IMG/VR virus record: IMGVR_UViG_2974799246_000001
Location: 128,001-192,000 of that record
Source of the DNA: a virus
Lineage: Duplodnaviria; Caudoviricetes
Strand: one strand, 5' to 3'
Length of the DNA: 64,000 bases
Shown here: piece after piece, positions 56,943-64,000 of the stretch
Layout of the letters: every line of letters begins with the position of its first letter
Position numbering within the stretch: the first letter of the stretch is position 1
Made by a program: the position numbers and the translations under genes
The notes under the pieces: model-generated
The model's database searches: none
Seen by the model: the letters and a program-made list of their open reading frames with translations, nothing else
Told to the model about the DNA's origin: nothing

Positions 56943-58049
56943 CTATCGGATTTTATAGCCTTTGAAAATGTTGTACGCAACTTCTTTGCGCTGTACAGGA
57001 CGAGTGGTACACACCCATTCCCACTGATCGTTCTTGGCCGTGCGTTTCTTCGGTGCTTCCATTACTTTCAGCACGTAGTTTTTGAAAGGCACAACAAGAA
57101 TGTCCTCGGGCTCCAGAGGTCCACAACGTGCAGGCAGAACGACTGTAAGGTTGCCGACAGTCAGTTCCTGATCGTAGTTCAACACGTTGGCCTCTTCGCT
57201 GAGGTTGCCTTTGACCGCAGGTACACCTAAATCGAAGATGATTGTGGCGTGTGTGAAAGCCTCAACGCCTTTGACGCGCACAATCACATGCTTACCACGC
57301 CACGGCTCCAGATTCGCAGCAGTCAACTCCTGTTCTACACCGTTAACGACCAGTACAGGGCGCGGGAATGCAGGCAGCAACTGTTCATTCAATCGTACCG
57401 AATAAGTCGCCTGCGTAAAGTATTTTGGAATAAGCTGATCAAAATCAACGTGTCCGTCTTTACGTACCTGCCTGAATGTCGCAGGGCTGGTGGATTGATC
57501 GAGCGTATACGCTGTCAGTGTTTTAGCGTGATGGTGCGTCATGACGTTGTACACGAAGCCTGTGCTGATAAAGCCAGGCACAATGCCTTGACGGAAGCAG
57601 ATGCCGCAGTTCGCAACGTTACCTGCATCCCATCCGTTCGACACTTCCTCGTCGCCGTTGCCCATGAGATCGGCAGCGCCCATTACAGCGTTCATGCCGT
57701 CGTCGATATCATCAAGGCTTACTGTTTGGCGTCCACCACCAAACATGCCTTTCGATACTGGTGCGATCTTAACGTTCGCGTCCATTACAGATGATTCGCG
57801 GCCAATCGACTTCATGCCGCCCACCTGTTCGTCGAAGATATCGTTGTCCACTTTGTTGCAGCTACAGGTTAGACCCATCTTCGCTTTCTTGAAGATGACG
57901 ATATCGGTCGCATCAACCTGTAACGCCTGTTCAACTTTCGACTGCACAACCTTCTGCACCGAGTCGAGGCGTTGCTGGACGCGTTCGGTTTCGTAGGTCT
58001 TATGGCGGTCGTAAGCAGTTCGCGGTCTTCCGCGTTCAATCCAGCTCAT
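56943..58049 (-). CDS. putative head-completion/neck protein with CxC...CxxCxxxG motif
   Basis: CSC...CGICFRQG; CTAATTT upstream; GAGGAG SD. Confidence 0.45.
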   Translation of the reverse strand: MSWIERGRPRTAYDRHKTYETERVQQRLDSVQKVVQSKVEQALQVDATDIVIFKKAKMGLTCSCNKVDNDIFDEQVGGMKSIGRESSVMDANVKIAPVSKGMFGGGRQTVSLDDIDDGMNAVMGAADLMGNGDEEVSNGWDAGNVANCGICFRQGIVPGFISTGFVYNVMTHHHAKTLTAYTLDQSTSPATFRQVRKDGHVDFDQLIPKYFTQATYSVRLNEQLLPAFPRPVLVVNGVEQELTAANLEPWRGKHVIVRVKGVEAFTHATIIFDLGVPAVKGNLSEEANVLNYDQELTVGNLTVVLPARCGPLEPEDILVVPFKNYVLKVMEAPKKRTAKNDQWEWVCTTRPVQRKEVAYNIFKGYKIR

Positions 58050-58072
58050 AATCGTTCTCCTCTGTGTGGCTT

Positions 58073-58079
58073 AAATTAG
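58073..58079 (-). promoter_or_regulatory. CTAATTT late-promoter-like motif (representative copy)
   Basis: Recurs 24-71 nt upstream of structural/lysis genes (see findings). Confidence 0.6.
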
Positions 58080-58147
58080 TGTACAAAATTTAGGACCTTG
58101 CCCCTAGTAAATACTTATTTAGAGTACGTTAAAACACGGAGCCTTTT

Positions 58148-58696
58148 ATGCGTATTCTTTCAGGCGACCCGGGCAAGGTTAACTTCGCGTTGTCTGTTCA
58201 GGAGTTTAAGGACAAGCGCATTACAGTGCTCGGCACGCGGATGTTTAAGAAACCCATCCAGAATCTGCACCACGACATGCGACAGCCCACCAAGGAGTTT
58301 TTGGCAGAGCTAGAACTGATGTGGAAGCTATACGGACCATTCGATGCTATGTGCTTCGAGCGCTTTCAGTCGCGTGGTCTAGGTGGTAACACGATTGAGG
58401 CTATCAGTCTCATGCTTGGTGTTATCTCGTTCTTCGCACTCAAAAAGAAATGCCCACTCGATTTGATTACGGCTAGCCAGTGGAAGAACGCATTCAACCG
58501 CACAATGGACCTCAAAGGTTATTACGCACACTATAACCTGACGTCTAAAAAGAGTCGCAAAGCGATTCACGAATTTGATGCCAGTCTTATAGGCGTCTAC
58601 ACCTTCTATCGTCACTCAGGAATCAAACCGTTCGCTGGCTTCAATCGCGTTGTCGATGTGTACGTACCACGATTCCTGGGCGCACCTGTGTTGTGA
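58148..58696 (+). CDS. ruvC: RuvC-like Holliday junction resolvase
   Basis: RILSGDPG, ERFQ, SQWK, HEFDA (RNase H fold acidic residues). Confidence 0.75.
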   Translation: MRILSGDPGKVNFALSVQEFKDKRITVLGTRMFKKPIQNLHHDMRQPTKEFLAELELMWKLYGPFDAMCFERFQSRGLGGNTIEAISLMLGVISFFALKKKCPLDLITASQWKNAFNRTMDLKGYYAHYNLTSKKSRKAIHEFDASLIGVYTFYRHSGIKPFAGFNRVVDVYVPRFLGAPVL

Positions 58697-58702
58697 GGAC
58701 AT

Positions 58703-59068
58703 ATGGAACAAATTGAACTGTTACGCGTAGTGAAAGAGATCCTCAGCGAATACGGCAAAGTTGAGTTTCTGGCGCAAGGTCATGTTGGTGTGAACACCGA
58801 GCACCGTGCGACCTATGAAACGTTAATCACTGTGACTTCTGATAGCGACACAACTTTCCCCGAAGCAGATTTCCGCGCTAAGATTGCGGCGCAGATTGAC
58901 GAGTATCGTGTGGTTGGATTCAAGCGCACCTACAACGAGCAGACCAGAGAGTTTGTGCTGCAACTGACCGACCCAATATTCACCTACCGTGACCCATTGG
59001 TGTGTCCAGCAAACGGCAAAACTCTGTACTCGGTTTCCGTAGGTTTCCCGTTCGTGTCCACCAATTAA
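58703..59068 (+). CDS. hypothetical protein
   Basis: GAGG SD. Confidence 0.6.
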   Translation: MEQIELLRVVKEILSEYGKVEFLAQGHVGVNTEHRATYETLITVTSDSDTTFPEADFRAKIAAQIDEYRVVGFKRTYNEQTREFVLQLTDPIFTYRDPLVCPANGKTLYSVSVGFPFVSTN

Positions 59069-59114
59069 TCTGTAAATATCCTTACTTGGTTAACGCGCGT
59101 GTGGGATATTGAAA

Positions 59115-59798
59115 ATGGCGAAGTTGAAGAAAGAACGATCGGTCAAAGTCAGTGCTAAAAAGACTGTTGCCGTAAAAACAAAGAAAGCAAAAGCTAAGGC
59201 TATTCCTGTTCGTGTCGTTCAGGACACACGGCCTATTATCAATTGCCCTGAGATGGAAGAGAAGCCTCAACCATTTCGTTTTCGTGGTCAGTGCCCGATA
59301 GTGACCTGTCAGTATTGCACACGCGAAACTCCGACAGGCTGCATGGCGCTTGACCGTAAAGAATCGGCCGACCGTTCAATCTCTAACAAGGAGATCGCTT
59401 ATTATAAACGTGGCCTCTTTCCTGAACTTAAAGACATGGATCAGAAGCAACTGGACAGTACGATTCGACGCGCACAAAATCGTACCCGCAATGCTATCTG
59501 CCTTACTATGTTTATTGCCGGGATTGATGATTCTGATTGCGATAGGTCTTTTCAATATGTAGAAGGCCGCAGTCGTCTGGTCGATCAGGTACATAACTAT
59601 CTGGTCCAAACGTTCAATGATTACCGTCCGTGGATGCTCGCATACCTCGACGACGAAAAACGATTCGGCGACATGGTGGGTAAAATAACCAATTCCGACT
59701 TTAATTTAAAAGACGCATTGCGTTTGACTCCTCGCAAGTATCAAATGTTCTGCCAGTCGCTACAAAATCTTAAACAATCTGGAGACTCTCATGAGTAA
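59115..59798 (+). CDS. hypothetical Cys-rich protein with basic N-terminus
   Basis: CPxxxCxYC...GC; CTGTAAATA at 59070-59078. Confidence 0.6.
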   Translation: MAKLKKERSVKVSAKKTVAVKTKKAKAKAIPVRVVQDTRPIINCPEMEEKPQPFRFRGQCPIVTCQYCTRETPTGCMALDRKESADRSISNKEIAYYKRGLFPELKDMDQKQLDSTIRRAQNRTRNAICLTMFIAGIDDSDCDRSFQYVEGRSRLVDQVHNYLVQTFNDYRPWMLAYLDDEKRFGDMVGKITNSDFNLKDALRLTPRKYQMFCQSLQNLKQSGDSHE

Positions 59799-61563
59799 CT
59801 TTATCTCCCTCGATCAGTATCGCGCGATCATTCGTCGCAACGTTCTGAAAGAGCCTCAGATGCTGGTGGTCAATCAGACGCAGCCACTGGGTCAAATCTT
59901 TTTCCAATGCCCAGGCGATAACTTCCAGATGAAGGATATCATTGTCCCGCCATCTCGTAACGCTATCGACCTGACGCAGCAAGCACCGCTGGAAAATCTG
60001 CTGGCCTGTAGCCAACTGAAAGCGCTGCTGCAAACGCAACGTCTGGTGTTGTTGAACCCAGAAGAAATGCCAAACCCAGGTGACGGCATTCAGATGCCTC
60101 AGCTTTCTGTTCCGCCAGTTGCTGGTGCCGTGTCGGTTGACGGCGTAACTATTCCTAACGCTACTGTGATTGTCGAGCAAAACGGTAACGTCTGGACTGG
60201 TACTTCTAACGGCAGCGGTGTGTTCACTGTTGACGTATCTGGCCTGCAGGAAGGTGTGTTCTCAATCACCATTACTGCTGATGGTTTCGTGCCTGCTCGT
60301 TACAACTTCAATGCTGGTGCGCAACCTCTGCAACCAATGCCTGCGCCTACCGTACACGCTGTCTTTAAAGAGACAACTGTATCGGGAACCACTGTTGCGA
60401 ATGCTAATATCATCGTATCGGTGCAGAGCAAAGAGTTTACTGGTCAGGCTGATGGTCAGGGTGCGTTTAGCATTAACGTTGACCCACTGCCGTTTGACAT
60501 TATTCACCTGACGATCACTGCTGCTGATTATCTGGATAACGTTGTCAATCACATGGTTGACTCTGTTCCTGGTCTGGCTCAGATTAACAGCGCACCGTTC
60601 CTGTCTACTGCGCTGGCAGGTAAGGCAAGTCCAGAAGCTGAAATCGAAATCATCATCACTGGCCAGTCCAATCAGTTCGTTACTGCTGCTGCAAACGGCG
60701 ATTGGACTGCTGTTGTTGGTGCTGTTAAAGGTGAAGTCTCTATTCGTGTGCTGGAAAAAGACGGCTACGACGAAGCGACTGCTACCATGCAGCCTACCAA
60801 ACTGCCTGCTCCTGTACTGGCTGTCGATAACGCTGATAGCATCGGTGAGAATCAGACAGCATTCGGCGGCGCAATCACTGGCCTGAGCGCAGAAGCGAAT
60901 GACGTAGCGGTAACGCTGACTGTGCAAGCAGGTCTGTACGAAGGTACTGTTGACCTGCAATCAAGTCACTGGTCTGTGACTGGTGTTGATGCGAAAGCGG
61001 GTGTGGGTTCTGTAGGTGTTGTGAATCTGACGTCGGCCTTCTATGAAGATGCCTCAACGTCGTTCAACATTCTGGAAGAGTTCGCGCAGCCTACTCTGCA
61101 ACAAGCGCAAGATGGTCAGACTGCGGTAGTTGGTGATACTGTGGCTAGCGCTACAGTTAAGATCACAATGAACGGCGAAACCAAAACTGCGTCTTCAAAC
61201 CCGCAGGGTGCGTTCTCTGTTGATGGATTTACTAACGTTGTGCCTGGTCAGATTCGTATCGAACTGTCACGCAACGGTTACCTGCCTGCGGTCTTCAATG
61301 TCGCTCTGGCAGTACAGGCTCTCGGCCAGCTTGATGCAGATCTGGCTGTCGGTGAAGACACAGTTGCTGGACAAGCGACTCCTGGTTCTACTGTCACCTT
61401 GACGCAGGGTAGCGTTGTTGGTGATGCTGTGGCTGACGCGTCAACGGGTGACTTCATCATCACTCTGTCTGGACCGCTGGTAGAAGGTACACCAGTAGAG
61501 TTGAAAGTACAACACGCGGGCTATGTTGATTACGTTGAAACGTTAACTGTTTCTGCACCTTAA
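59791..61563 (+). CDS. Ig-like repeat virion decoration protein
   Basis: About six 75-90-aa repeats (VSGTT..A.I...A..xGxF); N-terminal domain paralogous to 61616-62269. Confidence 0.75.
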   Translation: MSNFISLDQYRAIIRRNVLKEPQMLVVNQTQPLGQIFFQCPGDNFQMKDIIVPPSRNAIDLTQQAPLENLLACSQLKALLQTQRLVLLNPEEMPNPGDGIQMPQLSVPPVAGAVSVDGVTIPNATVIVEQNGNVWTGTSNGSGVFTVDVSGLQEGVFSITITADGFVPARYNFNAGAQPLQPMPAPTVHAVFKETTVSGTTVANANIIVSVQSKEFTGQADGQGAFSINVDPLPFDIIHLTITAADYLDNVVNHMVDSVPGLAQINSAPFLSTALAGKASPEAEIEIIITGQSNQFVTAAANGDWTAVVGAVKGEVSIRVLEKDGYDEATATMQPTKLPAPVLAVDNADSIGENQTAFGGAITGLSAEANDVAVTLTVQAGLYEGTVDLQSSHWSVTGVDAKAGVGSVGVVNLTSAFYEDASTSFNILEEFAQPTLQQAQDGQTAVVGDTVASATVKITMNGETKTASSNPQGAFSVDGFTNVVPGQIRIELSRNGYLPAVFNVALAVQALGQLDADLAVGEDTVAGQATPGSTVTLTQGSVVGDAVADASTGDFIITLSGPLVEGTPVELKVQHAGYVDYVETLTVSAP

Positions 61564-61571
61564 TCTTACCT

Positions 61572-61589
61572 GAGGGGCTTCGGCCCCTT
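61572..61589 (+). terminator. hairpin/terminator
   Basis: GAGGGG-CTTCGG-CCCCTT, weak T-tract. Confidence 0.5.
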
Positions 61590-61615
61590 AATGAAATGCA
61601 ATTCGGAGATTTACC

Positions 61616-62269
61616 ATGTCAGATAAAGCAAGCACCAAAGTACAACCTATTACGCTCACCACTTACAACGAGCGTTACGGCCAGAACCCTGTCGCACCTA
61701 TGTACGTTGCTAACCGTACCGATCCTCGCGGCAACGTAATGTTCAGCGCACAGGACGACATGGGACAGCCTGTTCCAGTCCTCGTACCTGCTACCTTCAT
61801 CCCGATCGACCTGACTCAGCAAGCTACCAAAGAGAGCCTGTTGAAATCTACGCACCTGCGCCGCGCACTGCAACGTAACCAGCTGGTCATCATCGACACT
61901 GAAAGCGCTGAAAACTATCTGCGCACCAGTTCTCTGGCTAAAGCGGAAATGCGTAACCTGAACAAAATGGGTAGCGCAATCGCTGCTGACCTGGGCGAAG
62001 AAGGTGGCGAGCTGGCTGCTATCGATCTGGGCGGCGCGGCTAAGCGTAACGTGCAGTTTGAAGGCGGTACCCAGTATTCTGAAAACCAGTTTGTTAACGC
62101 ATTCATCGTTCGTGCTGCCGAAGACAGCGAAGAATCTGACGACAACCTGCAACGTGAATTCCTGTCTCGCGGTATCAACCTGCCGGTTTCTGAGCTGAAC
62201 ATTCTGCGTGAGCACATCACTCGCCCAGCAATCGTTGAGCTGATCATGCAGGCTCTGGAAGACGCGTAA
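61616..62269 (+). CDS. putative virion protein (shares domain with the Ig decoration protein)
   Basis: NRTDPRG...VP...IDLTQQA..E.LL motif; GGAG SD. Confidence 0.6.
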   Translation: MSDKASTKVQPITLTTYNERYGQNPVAPMYVANRTDPRGNVMFSAQDDMGQPVPVLVPATFIPIDLTQQATKESLLKSTHLRRALQRNQLVIIDTESAENYLRTSSLAKAEMRNLNKMGSAIAADLGEEGGELAAIDLGGAAKRNVQFEGGTQYSENQFVNAFIVRAAEDSEESDDNLQREFLSRGINLPVSELNILREHITRPAIVELIMQALEDA

Positions 62270-62285
62270 TTTTAGTGCTACAGAC

Positions 62286-62323
62286 AAAAAAATGGGAGGC
62301 CCCGAAAGGAGTCTCCCATTTTT
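62286..62323. terminator. bidirectional terminator between convergent genes
   Basis: AAAAAAATGGGAG...CTCCCATTTTT. Confidence 0.8.
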
Positions 62324-62324
62324 G

Positions 62325-62504
62325 TTACTGCTGCTTTTCCGCTTGCTGTCTTAAACGATCAAGGAATGCCGAACTTTCACCTGGCTTAATGTGTCGCGGT
62401 TCAACTTTGATGCGATTGATCATACGCTGCATACGACGAATGCTTCGGCTACGCAGGTCTTCAATCGAGTGCTGCTTAAACTGCTTTCTGAATTTCAGAG
62501 CCAT
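62325..62504 (-). CDS. small basic hypothetical protein (59 aa)
   Basis: Below the track cutoff; AAGGA SD; MALKFRKQFKQHSIEDLRSRSIRRMQRM... Confidence 0.55.
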   Translation of the reverse strand: MALKFRKQFKQHSIEDLRSRSIRRMQRMINRIKVEPRHIKPGESSAFLDRLRQQAEKQQ

Positions 62505-62505
62505 C

Positions 62506-63564
62506 TTACTTTCCTTTCTGTGTTATCGCTTTAGGTCTATTCCAGCCTAACGCTTTTGCTGGCATGATACACTTCTTACCGTGTATGTCTTTCAGCGTCA
62601 TGCGAACTTCTTTGATCAAGTTCATCGGTGCATTGTCTGGATCGAGCTTAATCAGCTTACCGTCTTCATCATACTCACGCGGTAGCTTGAAATGTTTGAC
62701 AGGCACTGGCGAGTTCTTTTCAAACTCCGCCTTTATTTTATTGCGCAGTAGCTTCCCACCACCATCGTTATCCGTCATCGTGTAGACAACACTCACGCCT
62801 AACATCTCAAGCGTTCTGCGTTTCGTTTCCCCAAACTGTTCGGCGCCGAGTACGGCCAACGCAGGAATCCCATACGACAACAACGCCAGAGCATCACGTG
62901 GACCTTCGACGAGAACAACATAGCGCAACTTGTATTTCTTTAAACACTCTTTGACTAACGGCAGAGGGAACAGGCCTTTCTCTTTCGCCCAATCACCATT
63001 CGAGTTCACATAGCTTGTGCCGTTCATCTGTTTGCGCAGATACGCAGCGATACCACCTATGTATTTCGAACCATGCTTACACGGGAAGAAGCAGACGTTA
63101 CTGCCTGTACGTTGCGCGTTAAGCAGACCACCAGCAGCCTGAACGAGCGCTCCTGGATATCCACGCCATTCAACATCGAGAGGCCATTCCATGTAGCTGT
63201 TACGTCCGAGTGCTTTCATCAATAAACCGACAGAAGCATACGTGCCAATCTTATTGCCTATCTGCTCATACGTTTTGAACAACGCACTTAGGCTGTTTGT
63301 GTTCGCGTCTTTCAGCGCCCAGCCTTTGATCTCTTGCAGCTTCGCGTGTGCTGCTAACTTGTTCCAGCCACCCTTCTCACCGCAACCGAAGCAGTGAAAG
63401 AATCCTAAAGGAATCTCCATCCCAACAGAAGTGTAAATACCACAACTAGGCGTCTTATCACTATGAAACGGACAGCACACCATAACAGTGTCACCGTTAT
63501 ATTTCTTGTCGCCTGGCAATTTGCCAATCTCGTCAAGTATTATCTGATGAACGTCTTCTGCCAT
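62506..63564 (-). CDS. dnaG: DnaG-type primase
   Basis: CPFH...CFGC zinc finger, TOPRIM VEGPRDAL and DND. Confidence 0.88.
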   Translation of the reverse strand: MAEDVHQIILDEIGKLPGDKKYNGDTVMVCCPFHSDKTPSCGIYTSVGMEIPLGFFHCFGCGEKGGWNKLAAHAKLQEIKGWALKDANTNSLSALFKTYEQIGNKIGTYASVGLLMKALGRNSYMEWPLDVEWRGYPGALVQAAGGLLNAQRTGSNVCFFPCKHGSKYIGGIAAYLRKQMNGTSYVNSNGDWAKEKGLFPLPLVKECLKKYKLRYVVLVEGPRDALALLSYGIPALAVLGAEQFGETKRRTLEMLGVSVVYTMTDNDGGGKLLRNKIKAEFEKNSPVPVKHFKLPREYDEDGKLIKLDPDNAPMNLIKEVRMTLKDIHGKKCIMPAKALGWNRPKAITQKGK

Positions 63565-63628
63565 ACCATCCTCTATTCGTATCGTAATTTCAGCATATAC
63601 GCATATTTACAGATTAAGGACAGCCAGA

Positions 63629-63964
63629 ATGGGTAATCCACATCGCTATGTGCATACGGCACAGCGCCGCTTCTATGGCAAACACTGGGTTAGCTTTTGT
63701 GATCTGATTCGTGTTGAACCGCAAAAGTACGGCGCATTCAATAGTCAGGATGATATGATCGGGCTGACGCTGCCGAAAGATTTTGATGTGGCTGAGGCAA
63801 CAAAGAGCCTACGCCAGATTTATGTGACGACTGACGAGAACGTAGAAGTACGCTGCTACCTGTTTGGTACTCGCTACTATAAGTTCGTATTCTTCGAGCA
63901 AACAATTGCCGTGAGCGAGGACTCTGATGAGAACGTTAGCAAATATACCCGCCCGAGTGAATGA
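63629..63964 (+). CDS. hypothetical protein
   Basis: AAGGA SD. Confidence 0.55.
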   Translation: MGNPHRYVHTAQRRFYGKHWVSFCDLIRVEPQKYGAFNSQDDMIGLTLPKDFDVAEATKSLRQIYVTTDENVEVRCYLFGTRYYKFVFFEQTIAVSEDSDENVSKYTRPSE

Positions 63965-64000
63965 TACTCGCGGCCTGTCTCGCATCGGAAAAATGATTGA

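Overview
A 64-kb segment of a large, jumbo-type dsDNA myovirus genome, densely coding and almost entirely on the minus strand. The gene set resembles the PaBG/RSL1/Y3/Yoloswag-like group of jumbo phages of Proteobacteria, judged from gene content only with no database search. Virion genes: contractile tail sheath, Ig-repeat fibre/decoration proteins, neck-like proteins, paralogous fibre families and Lys-rich internal proteins including a histone-H1-like protein. Replication/recombination genes: family A DNA polymerase with a UDG-like N-terminus, beta-type clamp, DnaX-type clamp loader, DnaG primase, UvsW- and UvsY-like proteins, SbcC/SbcD, RuvC, HNH and a giant SNF2 ATPase. Other genes: GH108 endolysin, Tlde1-like, DHH, HAD, SLOG/YspA, J-domain and ART-like proteins. 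No tRNA, rRNA or CRISPR was recognised. The main unexplained signals are: (1) a shared N-terminal [VI]S-x-S-[AK] leader on about 9 unrelated proteins, a candidate capsid-targeting/maturation signal; (2) a ~340-nt highly structured non-coding element (50142-50477) directly behind a late-type promoter motif, with G-U wobble asymmetry pointing to a minus-strand RNA; (3) two promoter-like motifs, CTGTAAATA before replication genes and CTAATTT before virion genes; (4) a second, minimal family-A-like (TV-Pol-like) polymerase beside a long non-coding region; (5) a small hairpin/pseudoknot element carrying a 12-nt perfect complement of the 16S rRNA 3' end. All family assignments come from motif recognition by eye.
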